The notes under the pieces were generated by a model, which was given only the letters and a program-made list of their open reading frames with translations, was not told the DNA's origin and did not search any database. Position numbers and translations under genes: made by a program. Source: an uncultured Prevotella sp. (GTDB taxonomy: Bacteria; Bacteroidota; Bacteroidia; Bacteroidales; Bacteroidaceae). Taken from it: a stretch of 64,000 bases of DNA. Below, piece by piece: positions 50,009 to 59,435 of this stretch. The DNA lies in assembly GCA_900316015.1 (NCBI GenBank), contig ONBG01000003.1, positions 54,473 to 118,472 of the forward strand, written 5' to 3'. Position 1 is the first letter of the stretch. Every line of letters starts with the position of its first letter.

Positions 50009-51709
50009 TTACCAGCCCGGGTTCTGTTCCAGGTTTGGGTTCTTCTCCACCTCGCTGCTCGGGATGGGCCACAGGTAGTCGCGGTCCGTCACCTTGCGTG
50101 TCCAACGGTAGGTGCCTGTTATGTCGCACACGCGCCGGTCATTGAGCGTGTCGAGCATGCCCCAGCGTTTCAGGTCGAAGTAGCTGTGACCCTCGCAGGC
50201 CAGTTCAACGGCACGCTCGTGGACGATGCGCTGGAACACTTCGTCGTGCGTGGTGGCGCGGGTCCAGGGACTGCCATTGTTGATCAGGGCCACACCGGCC
50301 CTTGCCCTTACTTGGTTGATGAGGCTGATGGCGTCGGGCTGGTCGCCAAGCTCGTTCAGACATTCGGCCTGCATGAGCAGCACGTCGGCATAGCGTATCA
50401 GCGGGAAGTTGATGGGCGTCTGCTTGCGGTCGAACATCTGTCCACCCATGTCGCCGACGGGAACGAACTTGCGCCAGAGGTAAACCTCCAGTCCGCGGTC
50501 CACTTGGATGTAGCCCCAGTTGGCTCCTTTGATTGACGAACCGGCAATGGCATACTCACAGTCTATCTCATGATTGTCGGCATAACCTAAGTAATGGGTG
50601 TAGGGCAGAATAACGCTGGCGCTCATGCGCGGGTCACGCTGTTTGTACATGGCCAGCAGTTTGTCCTTTGCAGCCGGATATTTGCTCACCTTGTTGCCTT
50701 CGAAAGTAGCACGGAAAGTAGCTTTCTTGACATTGTTCGACTCTGAGAAGTTGGGAATGAAGTCGTCCCAGTCGAATGGCCGTCCGTTCTTGTATTCGTA
50801 GCTGTCAACCAGTTCTACCGAGGGATAATCCTGGTTCCAGTCCCATCCCCACGTTGAGCGGGTGCCAAGATAGAGGCACGACGGTAGCCCCACATTGCTT
50901 GTGGCTCCGCTCGTGGTCTGTATGGAGAATATCATCTCGTTGCAGTTGTCGGCCTCAGGCTGGAACAGGTCGGCATAGTTGGGATACAGCTCATACCTGC
51001 CGGAGTCGATAACCTTTTGGAAGCATTCGGATGCCTCCTGATAGCGTTTCCTGTAGAGCAGCACCTTCCCCTTGAGGGCAAGGGCCGCATATTTGGTGGC
51101 ACGCCCAAGGTTGGCGGCATCCCAGGCCTCCGGAAGTACGGCGATGGCCGAGTCCATGTCTGCAAGGATGAAGTCGATGGTCTGCTCCCCGGAGCTGCGG
51201 GGATAGTTCATCTGCTCGTAGTTTTCCACGTTGAAGCTCTCGTCGTAGATGGGCACGCCGCCCCACAGCTTGTACAGGAAGAAGTAGTAGAGTCCGCGCA
51301 TGAAGCGGGCCTCGCCCCGATATTGGGCTTTCAGGGATTCGGTCATATTGGTATTGTTGATGTTCTGTAGCACCATGTTGGCCCTTGCAATACCCTCGTA
51401 GGTGGTCTGCCAATAGGAAATCAGGAACGCGCTCGATGCGTCATAAGTTCCCACTTGCACGGTTGTCACCTTTTGCACCGCGCCGTCGCACAGTCCTCCC
51501 AGCACGTCAAACCGATAGTTCACCCCCATGCAGTTCTCGTTGCGCATCACGGAATACACGCCCATCATGGCCTCGTCGGCATGGGTCTGGTTCTTGTAGA
51601 AAGTCAGTGAGCTCAGCTGGTTGGCGGGAGCCCTGTCGAGGTCGTAGCATCCTGTGAGCATGAATCCGCAGACGGATGCTGCTATGATATATATGAATTT
51701 GCTTTTCAT
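50009..51709 (-). CDS. susD: SusD/RagB family nutrient-binding lipoprotein
   Basis: Lipobox MLTGC; GEARFMRG.YY..L...WGGVP; GRATKYAA.ALKGKVLL; RYADVLLMQAE; ERAVELACEGH..FDLKRWG; LWPIP..E..NPNLEQNPGW. Confidence 0.96.
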   Translation of the reverse strand: MKSKFIYIIAASVCGFMLTGCYDLDRAPANQLSSLTFYKNQTHADEAMMGVYSVMRNENCMGVNYRFDVLGGLCDGAVQKVTTVQVGTYDASSAFLISYWQTTYEGIARANMVLQNINNTNMTESLKAQYRGEARFMRGLYYFFLYKLWGGVPIYDESFNVENYEQMNYPRSSGEQTIDFILADMDSAIAVLPEAWDAANLGRATKYAALALKGKVLLYRKRYQEASECFQKVIDSGRYELYPNYADLFQPEADNCNEMIFSIQTTSGATSNVGLPSCLYLGTRSTWGWDWNQDYPSVELVDSYEYKNGRPFDWDDFIPNFSESNNVKKATFRATFEGNKVSKYPAAKDKLLAMYKQRDPRMSASVILPYTHYLGYADNHEIDCEYAIAGSSIKGANWGYIQVDRGLEVYLWRKFVPVGDMGGQMFDRKQTPINFPLIRYADVLLMQAECLNELGDQPDAISLINQVRARAGVALINNGSPWTRATTHDEVFQRIVHERAVELACEGHSYFDLKRWGMLDTLNDRRVCDITGTYRWTRKVTDRDYLWPIPSSEVEKNPNLEQNPGW

Positions 51710-51731
51710 TTTCTGTTATTTTATTTGATGT

Positions 51732-53615
51732 TTACTTCAGTTCCTTGCTGCTCAGACGCACTACCACTTTGTTCTTTCCGTCTGGCAGTTTGCAGTCGGC
51801 CTGTAGCATGGTGATGCCGCTGATGGCGTATTCGGCCGTTGAGCTGGTCTTTGCGGCGTAGGTGGAGAACGTGGCGTTCTCGGGCGAGATGATTTTTATC
51901 CAGAAGTTCTTGCCGTTCTTGGTCAGACAGACTGTATTGCAGTTCACCTGCACTGCGGCCGTCGTGCCGGCTATCCAGTTGATGGTCGATGTGGCCTTGG
52001 CGAGCTGCACCTCGTCGGTCACGTCGATGGTGTAGTCATCAACGAGGGTAAAGGTGCGGTGAGCTGACGTGGCGAGGGGCGAGAGCATGCTGCTCATGTC
52101 GATGGTCACCGACGGGTTGGGCTTGTCGTAGTTGGTGGCACTCACCTTGGCAGTGCCTGCGGCGTTGTGCAGATGCTTGTCAATGGCGATGGTGTTGTGG
52201 GAGAAGTTGTTGTTGCGGAAGTAGTTCCATCGTCTGCCTCCGACACTGTTCTCCCAGAAGCCCGTCACGTTGTAGTTCTCCGCGCCAAGCTCCGCCGTCC
52301 AGTCGATGCCGTCGGATCCGACGACGAAGGTGCCGGCATCCATCTGCTGGTGGCTCTTCATGGGCTCGCCACCCTTGGTGATGAGCTTCAACGCGCCCGC
52401 TTTCGACTGGTCGCCGCAAAGCACGGCGATGTCGGCGATGTCGTTGCGGAACACCTGAAGCGACGGCACTGCTGCGACCGAAGAGGCTGTCTCCGTGTCG
52501 TACCACGGCAGGCTCAGGAAGAAGAACTCGTTGAGCGTGCTGTTGCTCTCGATGCTCTTCTTAATCTGGGCTCGGCACCACTGTGCCAGCTCCGGCTGGC
52601 TGTAGGACTTGGCAAAGTAGAAAAACGTGGGATAGTTGACGGGTGTAGTCGAGTGGCCGTCGGCGTAGCAAAACATGTCGCCTGACGACTGTAGGGTGCG
52701 CAGGAAGAACGTTCCCGTCTCCTTGATGCCGGGAAGGGCGGCTATGCTGTTGTGGGTCGGGTCGTTGTCGGCGATGGCTCTCAGATAGAGCGTGAGGAAC
52801 TCGGTGGTCATAATCCAGTAGGTGTTGCCCTCATACCATACGCCGTCGGGCTTGAAAAACTTCAGACAGGTGGGCATGTAGGTAATTGCCTTGTCAAGAA
52901 CGGTGCTGGCAGCCTCAGGATAGTCCTCAGCCACGGCCAGCGCGCCCAGCACCATGGCCGTGTGGCAGGTCACGTTCCAGTTGGTCTCCTTGTTCACCCA
53001 TGTGCTCGATTCGGGCTTTTTGTATTCCTCCAAGGCCTTGCTCAGTGCCTTCTCGTAGATGCTCTTGCTCACCAAAGTCTTAGTCTCGTCGGAGAGGTCG
53101 TCGTAGAGCCAGTCGTAGGCGATGGCCACGCCGACGGTCAGGTATGACGTGTCCAGATAGTGGGTCGGGTGCCAGTCGGGGTAGGCGCATATCCATTTCA
53201 GCGATTTCTCCACCGCGTTGAGGTAGAGTTTGCTCCCCGTAAGGCGGTAGGCAAGGGCCATGGTAATGAGCCGGGTCATATAGGTGCCGGCCGTGGTAAG
53301 CATCCTGCCGCCCTCATCCACCTTGTAGTCGATTTGCGGCAGGAGTGCATAGGCGCGTGCCTTGTTGATCTCGTAGTTGTACAATTCCTTCACATCGGCA
53401 TCCTTTCCGCTCAGGTCTTTCGCAGCCTTTATCTCCTGGGCGCTCACTAAGAGACGCGGATGCTGCGTGAGCCACCGCTGACCCTCGGGGGTGACCGGGG
53501 TGGGAGGCTCGGGAGTGGGGTCGGTCTCCGAGGAGCTGCTGCCGCAGGAGTTGAGGCAAAGCGTCAGCAGCAGGGCTATGATGCCATATACCTTATTTAT
53601 AAAATTTATCTTCAT
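51732..53615 (-). CDS. Heparinase II/III-like polysaccharide lyase lipoprotein (alpha/alpha toroid + beta sandwich)
   Basis: Lipobox CLNSC, HPRLL, NWNVTC, DGVWYEG..YW, YADG, KGG....HQQMDAGTF, SHNTIAID. Confidence 0.8.
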   Translation of the reverse strand: MKINFINKVYGIIALLLTLCLNSCGSSSSETDPTPEPPTPVTPEGQRWLTQHPRLLVSAQEIKAAKDLSGKDADVKELYNYEINKARAYALLPQIDYKVDEGGRMLTTAGTYMTRLITMALAYRLTGSKLYLNAVEKSLKWICAYPDWHPTHYLDTSYLTVGVAIAYDWLYDDLSDETKTLVSKSIYEKALSKALEEYKKPESSTWVNKETNWNVTCHTAMVLGALAVAEDYPEAASTVLDKAITYMPTCLKFFKPDGVWYEGNTYWIMTTEFLTLYLRAIADNDPTHNSIAALPGIKETGTFFLRTLQSSGDMFCYADGHSTTPVNYPTFFYFAKSYSQPELAQWCRAQIKKSIESNSTLNEFFFLSLPWYDTETASSVAAVPSLQVFRNDIADIAVLCGDQSKAGALKLITKGGEPMKSHQQMDAGTFVVGSDGIDWTAELGAENYNVTGFWENSVGGRRWNYFRNNNFSHNTIAIDKHLHNAAGTAKVSATNYDKPNPSVTIDMSSMLSPLATSAHRTFTLVDDYTIDVTDEVQLAKATSTINWIAGTTAAVQVNCNTVCLTKNGKNFWIKIISPENATFSTYAAKTSSTAEYAISGITMLQADCKLPDGKNKVVVRLSSKELK

Positions 53616-53634
53616 AATTTTTGTTTTTAGGTGG

Positions 53635-56600
53635 TTAGAATGAAAGGTTGAGGCCCATCACGACCTGCCTCATTGAGGGGTAAGTCACTGATCCTGAAGT
53701 CTCCGGGTCGATGCCGTGGTAGTTGGTGAACGTGAAGAAGTTCTCCAGGCTGCCATAAACCCTCACGCGGTCGAGGCCAATCTTGTTGGTCAGATAGTGG
53801 GGGATGGTGTAGCCCAGCTGGATATTCCTGATCTTAATAAACGACTTGTCCTCGAGATAGAGGTCGCAAATCTGGATGTTGCGCTGGTAGTTGGAGGGGA
53901 GCAGACGGGGATAGGTGGCATCGGTACGGCCCTCGTACCAGCGTCCGTCAACAACCCTCTGGCAGAGTTGGAAGCCCAGTTCCACAACGGGCATGTTGTA
54001 GCCCTTGGTCAGCCAGAACGTCTTGCCGCCGAACTGTCCCTGGGCGAAGATTGAGAAGTCGAAGCCTTTCCAGGTGGCATCAAAGGTGAGGCCGGCCAGA
54101 TAGGGACACTGGTTGTCGCCCTTGATTTCCTTGTCGTTATAGTCGATGATGCCGTCTCCGTTGATATCCTTGTAGAGAATGTCGCCCATTGCGGGCGTGC
54201 CGGTGGCTGCAAACGGGTTCTTCTTGTTTCCTTTCTCATCGACGGGAGCGTTGTCAATCATCTCCTGAACCTTGGCAAGGTCGTCATCGGTCTGCACGAT
54301 GCGGTCAACCACCATGGTGTAGAGGGCGTTGATGCTGTGGCCTTCCCAGATGACCTTGGCTGCATTGATGGACATGCCGCCCTTGTCCTTGCCCTTGTAC
54401 TTCGTCACGCGGTTTCTGACATAGCTGAAGTTGCCGCTGATGGCGTAGCTTAAGTCACCGACACGGTCCCTCCACGACAGTGTAGTCTCGATACCGTTGT
54501 TGGTTACTACCGCGCTGTTGGTCTTTGGGATGGAGGCGCTTCCGTGTACGGCAGGGGCTGGAAGATTGATGAGAATGTTGGACGTGCGCTTGTTGAAATA
54601 GTCAATCGTACCGTTGAGCCGGTTGTTGAACAGACCGAAGTCAATGCCAAGGTTCAGCACGTGGGTGGTCTCCCACGTCATTTTGGGGTTGGCGATGGCG
54701 TTGCGGGCCAGACCCACCACCATTTTGTCGGCAAGACTGTAGTTGTTGCCCACGCCGTTGGTGGTGTAGAGCGACTGGTAGTCGTAGTTACCTACGGCGT
54801 TGTTTCCCAGCGAGCCGTAGGAGACGCGCAGCTTCAGGTTGGACAGCTGTCCGTTCAGCACGCCCTGCATGAATTTCTCCTGGCTGATGCGCCATCCTGC
54901 CGATATGGAGGGGAAGTAGCCCCACCGCCTGCCTTTGGCGAAGCGGGATGAGCCGTCGGCGCGCAGGTTGGCCTCGAATAGATATTTCTCGTCCCAGTTG
55001 AGGTTGATGCGCCCGAAGAACGAACGCATGGACCACTCGGTGCGGTTGCCGCTGGCGCTGGCCTCGCCCGTGGCGGCAGAGATAACGTTGAGCGACGGGT
55101 CGATGAGGTCGTACTTCGTTGCCGAGAACGCGTCGGTGCGGTACAGCTCATTGCTGACACCGGCCATGACGCCAATGTCGAGCTTGTCGAACACCTTATT
55201 ATTATAGCGTGCCACGAGGTCGTTGAAGTAGCGGTCGGTCTTCTGGCTCGTGTTGGTCACGTAGTATTGGCCGGCGACGCTGTTGTCGATGCCAGTCCAG
55301 AGGTCGATGAGTTCAGGATATTCAGGTTTCTTGGTCACCTTCTGGTCGGTCATCTCGTAGTTGAAGCTGCCGGTCAGCGAGAATCCCTTGAATGGCTTTA
55401 GTATGGCGACGAAGCGGGGTCTGAGGTTGGTGATGCGGTTTTTGCCCGAAAAAGTGTAGAGCATGCGCACGGGGTTGTTGGTGTTGGCGGTGGTGGCCTC
55501 CTCTGGGTTGGAACCCATGGTGAAGCGTCCCTGCTGGTCGCGATACACCATCCCCGGGGTACTTGCGCCGCATAGCGTGAACATCTGCCCCATATAGTTG
55601 TAACCCGGCTGCATGTCGGAGATATAGCCGTTGATATTGAGCCCGAGCGTTATCCAGGGCCTGATGTCGGCCTCCACGTTCACCCTTGCGGTGTATTTCT
55701 TCAATCCCGAGTTGTCAAGCACGCCCGGATTGTTGTTGTAGCTCAGTGAGGAGTAGAAGCGCAGCTTGTCGGTTCCGCCCGCCATGGAGACGATATGGTT
55801 CTGCATGGCGCCGGTCTTGAACAGCGCGTCCATCCAATTGGTGTTGGGATAGAGCCAGTGGTCGGTGGCGTTGCGCCACGTGTCAATGGTCGTCTGTGAG
55901 AAAGGGGCCGCCATGCCGCCGTTGATATAGCCTTCGTTGACCAGCTCCATGTAGTCGGCATAGTTGCTGACGGGCTTGAAGCTCTTCCTCACGCTCTCAA
56001 ACGACACATAGCCGTTGTAATCGACCTTTACGCTCCCTGTCTTGCCTTTCTTGGTGGTTATCAGAATGACGCCGTTGGCTGCGCGCGAGCCGTAGATGGC
56101 TGCCGAGGAGGCATCCTTGAGGACGGAGACGCTCTCGATGTCCTGTGGGTTGACCGTGTTGAACGCCGACTCCACGCCATCGATGATGACGAGGGGGTTG
56201 GAGTTGTTCAGCGTACCCTGTCCGCGGACGGTAAAGGAGAGGTTGTCGTTGCCTGGCTGGAATGAGGATGCAACGACGTTGAGGCCCGGCACCTGGCCAA
56301 CGAGTGCCTGGGTGACATTGGTGAAAGGGCGGCTCTCGGTCAGTTCGCCGATGTTGACTGACGAGACGGCACCGGTCATATCAACTTTCTTCTGAGTGGC
56401 ATAGCCCACGGCCACCACCTCGTCGAGCACGTGGGAGTCCTCGTGCATGACGATGTCCATGCGGCTTCTGTCGCCCACCCTGACTTCCTTGTCGGAAAAT
56501 CCCACATAGGTGACGCGCAGCGTAGCCCCCGCGGGTACGTCGATGGTGAAGCGGCCGTCGAGGTCGGAGACAATGCCCTTGCCCGTTCCTTTTATCAGGA

Positions 56601-57045
56601 CGCTGGCTCCCACCACCGGTTCGCCCTGCTCATCGGTGATGACGCCGCTCACTTTGCGGGTCCCGTTGGCGGGAGAGGCAGGCTTGCCGGCATTCTCCTG
56701 CGTGCTGGCCTTTTGTTCTTTCTTGAGAATGACAATCGACTTGTCAGACACGATTCGGTAGGTGAGGTTGCGGTTCCTGAGGCACCTGTCGAGGACGGCG
56801 CTCACCTTGGCTTTCTTCACGGAGAGGGTGATGTTCTTCTGCGCGTCAATCTCAGCGTCGAAGTACGAGAAACGGTAGGTAGTCTGCCGCTCAATCTGAT
56901 TGAAGACATCGATGAGAGCGGCATTCTTCAGTCTCATGGTGATGAGATTGGGCTGTGCTGAGGCACCCAAGGCGTTTCCTAACGTAAGCAATAGAAGGAA
57001 CAGTGTGACCTTCCATGCCAATGGTCGTTTACTTTTCAATCTCAT
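53635..57045 (-). CDS. susC: SusC/RagA TonB-dependent transporter with N-terminal signalling (STN) extension
   Basis: STN-like N-terminus, CarboxypepD_reg-like domain, LDEVVAVGY, DIESVSVLKDASSAAIYGSRAANGVILITTKKG, C-terminal YPSMRQVVMGLNLSF. Confidence 0.97.
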   Translation of the reverse strand: MRLKSKRPLAWKVTLFLLLLTLGNALGASAQPNLITMRLKNAALIDVFNQIERQTTYRFSYFDAEIDAQKNITLSVKKAKVSAVLDRCLRNRNLTYRIVSDKSIVILKKEQKASTQENAGKPASPANGTRKVSGVITDEQGEPVVGASVLIKGTGKGIVSDLDGRFTIDVPAGATLRVTYVGFSDKEVRVGDRSRMDIVMHEDSHVLDEVVAVGYATQKKVDMTGAVSSVNIGELTESRPFTNVTQALVGQVPGLNVVASSFQPGNDNLSFTVRGQGTLNNSNPLVIIDGVESAFNTVNPQDIESVSVLKDASSAAIYGSRAANGVILITTKKGKTGSVKVDYNGYVSFESVRKSFKPVSNYADYMELVNEGYINGGMAAPFSQTTIDTWRNATDHWLYPNTNWMDALFKTGAMQNHIVSMAGGTDKLRFYSSLSYNNNPGVLDNSGLKKYTARVNVEADIRPWITLGLNINGYISDMQPGYNYMGQMFTLCGASTPGMVYRDQQGRFTMGSNPEEATTANTNNPVRMLYTFSGKNRITNLRPRFVAILKPFKGFSLTGSFNYEMTDQKVTKKPEYPELIDLWTGIDNSVAGQYYVTNTSQKTDRYFNDLVARYNNKVFDKLDIGVMAGVSNELYRTDAFSATKYDLIDPSLNVISAATGEASASGNRTEWSMRSFFGRINLNWDEKYLFEANLRADGSSRFAKGRRWGYFPSISAGWRISQEKFMQGVLNGQLSNLKLRVSYGSLGNNAVGNYDYQSLYTTNGVGNNYSLADKMVVGLARNAIANPKMTWETTHVLNLGIDFGLFNNRLNGTIDYFNKRTSNILINLPAPAVHGSASIPKTNSAVVTNNGIETTLSWRDRVGDLSYAISGNFSYVRNRVTKYKGKDKGGMSINAAKVIWEGHSINALYTMVVDRIVQTDDDLAKVQEMIDNAPVDEKGNKKNPFAATGTPAMGDILYKDINGDGIIDYNDKEIKGDNQCPYLAGLTFDATWKGFDFSIFAQGQFGGKTFWLTKGYNMPVVELGFQLCQRVVDGRWYEGRTDATYPRLLPSNYQRNIQICDLYLEDKSFIKIRNIQLGYTIPHYLTNKIGLDRVRVYGSLENFFTFTNYHGIDPETSGSVTYPSMRQVVMGLNLSF

Positions 57046-57163
57046 TGTTTTTATGTTTTTAGTCCATATTTAGGTTGTTTTTAATCATAAGACGGAGGCC
57101 TTTTACCTGTTGTCCCTTATGGTGCTGGGTGTTTAACATTTATTATACGTTTCAAGGCTTTTC

Positions 57164-58546
57164 ATAACTACTCAGCACCCTATTTACATGAGTAGTCATC
57201 TCACTGTCGTACGACAGCAAGAATAGCTTTGAATTTGGAGTTTCCGTTCTTCATGGCCGTTTCTGTGATGGAGTGAAGCTTCGCAAAATAGTCGGCACCA
57301 TCGTTAGTCCGAAAACATCCACTGACTTTTTGCTTTATCTTTATCTTCCTCACACCCCGCTCACTGGCATTGTTGTCATAAGGGACACGCAGATCGGAAA
57401 GAAACGTAAACAGGTATTCTTGGACTTTGAGGATTCCTTTATTGAATTTTTCGAACTCATCATCAAGGTGGGTAAGGCTTTCACCCAATAGTTTCTTCAT
57501 TTTTGTCTTGATGATTTTCACTTTCCTGGGCGTTATTTTCCCTTTCCGCTTGATGTCGATGGCATGTCCTAATCGATGGATAAATCTTCGTGACCAGTTC
57601 AGTCTTGTATCCAGTTTGTTGAGATATTCTGCGTTCCTCAGTAAGTGTGCAAGGCAAACTTAATGGTTTTTGACCTTCATATTGAAATAGCTACGGTGTC
57701 TGTCTGTTACCAGTGTCGTGTTGGGCAGTCCTTTGGGAAACTTGGAATCTATGGCCTACATGCCTTTCGACTTCATCTGATATACGAAGGTAAGCAGGTC
57801 GGTCTGGAATTTCCAGTTCCAGTGCAGTTCCTTTCCGACCACTGTTCCCGTCTCGTCAGCTCCAGTGACCGGCGTCAGTTCCACCCTCCTACGTATCTCC
57901 TCGTATGCCGAGGATGCTTTCTTGCTGCTTTCCTTGAGGATATTCTGCACGGTTCCCTCGCTTATCTTCCGGTCGCGAAGATCTGAGATTAACTCGGCAA
58001 TTCGCTTGAATGGCATGCACTGCACTACACGAAGGTAGGTAATAAGTGCCCGGAGGTTGTCGCCATATTTAATACGGCAATTGGGGCATCGCAGTTGTTC
58101 ACACAGCCACACTCGCATACCTTCTCATTGTATTGTTCCTCGGTCGTCTCCATGACGAACTTGATGTCCACAACTTGGGTCTTGCGGATTTCCCTGTATT
58201 TCACATCTCCAAGAGGTCGGCCGCAGCACTTACAGTATTCAGGCTCATGCTTTACAATTCTGTCCGGTAAGGATTTATATCTCTTAACGCGGATATTTCA
58301 ATTTGAATAACAGTAAAATTGGCTCTGTGGCGCAAATGTTTGTTTGGTAGCAAATAGTGGAGGCAAAGCTTTGTATCAAACTCTAGTAGCTCCTATGCCT
58401 CTAATTGGATTACTACATCTGTCACACGTACAAGGATACCCATCCTAAAACACATTAACATGGGTTTGGATTTAGACGAAAATCAAGTTTGTGAATTATT
58501 AACGAGCTTAGGTACCTGTATCATACCGGGGGTGCTGAGTAGTTAC
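57164..58546 (-). mobile_element. IS66-family (single-ORF, ISBst12-like) insertion sequence, inactivated
   Basis: 17-bp terminal inverted repeats ataactactcagcaccc (57164) / gggtgctgagtagttac (58530-58546; GTAA end intact, other end G>A); transposase fragments inside. Confidence 0.85.
57201..58300 (-). pseudogene. IS66 transposase (TnpC) fragments
   Basis: ISEGTVQNIL, GADETG, VTDRHRSY, H*VCLAHLLR, VPYDNNASERGVR..K.KQKVSGCFRT spread over frames with stops. Confidence 0.88.
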
Positions 58547-58580
58547 ACCCTCGAAATTTGGAGGCTGGGGGTTTGGGCTG

Positions 58581-58588
58581 TATCTTTG
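58581..58588 (+). promoter_or_regulatory. Bacteroidota -7 promoter box (TATCTTTG) for the HU-like gene
   Basis: TAnnTTTG match just upstream of the ORF. Confidence 0.5.
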
Positions 58589-58612
58589 CAAACGTAAACC
58601 TTTTAAACTTTT

Positions 58613-59095
58613 TTGCTTATACTACACTACAAGATCTATCGGGACACGAAAAAAAAATCCGAGCACTTCGGAGAATATTATGCCCGCGTGGTCGTGAACC
58701 ACACGATTGACCTGACTGAGCTCGCCGAGCACATGTCCAACCACAACACTCCTTTCTCCAAGGGTGCCATCTACGGCGTGCTGACCGACATGGTGGCTTG
58801 CATCCGCGAGCTAGTACTGGAGGGTAATGCCGTGAAGATCCCCGACCTTGCCATCTTCTCAATCGGCATCGAGACGCGCCCTGTGCGCACCGCAGAGGAT
58901 TTCACTCCCTCGAAGAACATCCGTTCTGCCTACTTGCGCTCCGGCACCACGGGCAAGTTCATGCGCAGCCAGGTGAGCAAGGCGGTAAGGGTGCAAGAGC
59001 AGTCCATCTACGCCCTGCCCGAGAAGAAGTCGGACGGGGAGGGTGAAACCAAGCCTGGAGGCGAGACTGGCGGAGGTGACACCACGAAGCCATAG
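58613..59095 (+). CDS. HU/IHF-like (histone-like) DNA-binding protein, Bacteroidota long form
   Basis: YYARVV, ELAEHMS.HNTPFSKG.I.GVL.DMV.CIRELVLEG.AVKIPDLAIFSIGI; Gly-rich acidic tail. Start uncertain. Confidence 0.85.
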   Translation: MLILHYKIYRDTKKKSEHFGEYYARVVVNHTIDLTELAEHMSNHNTPFSKGAIYGVLTDMVACIRELVLEGNAVKIPDLAIFSIGIETRPVRTAEDFTPSKNIRSAYLRSGTTGKFMRSQVSKAVRVQEQSIYALPEKKSDGEGETKPGGETGGGDTTKP

Positions 59096-59187
59096 GCACT
59101 GCCCACCGCGTGCCATGTGCGGAGGGATGTCCGCATTTCACCAACTTTTTCACCAACCCTTTCACCAACCTTTTAAACCTTTAATCT

Positions 59188-59292
59188 ATGTCTGAACCTA
59201 TCAAGAAAGAAACCTGGAAGATGATCATCAACATGCTCATCTCCATCCTCACCGCCATTGCCACTACACTGGGACTGACCAGCTGCATGTAA
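59188..59292 (+). CDS. Smalltalk-family small protein (34 aa)
   Basis: Not in the ORF track. MSEPIKKETWKMIINMLISILTAIATTLGLTSCM, matching the KK.TWK.I..IL.AI.T.LG.TSC pattern and the usual position after an HU-like gene. Confidence 0.85.
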   Translation: MSEPIKKETWKMIINMLISILTAIATTLGLTSCM

Positions 59293-59435
59293 GGGGGCGA
59301 GCGAGCCCTTAAAACCTTTACATCCCGCTCCGTCCGCCAACCGCATGGATGAGAGCGGGGGTTCTTATACATTGAATCCCTTCGGACATTCTGCCATTCT
59401 CAGGTTGCAGGAAGGGCACAAGATGGACGGGGAGG

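Noticed and set aside
57121-57137. IR-like sequence ggtgctgggtgtttaac beside the IS66 end
   Set aside because: Only a partial match to the IR, and it could be chance.
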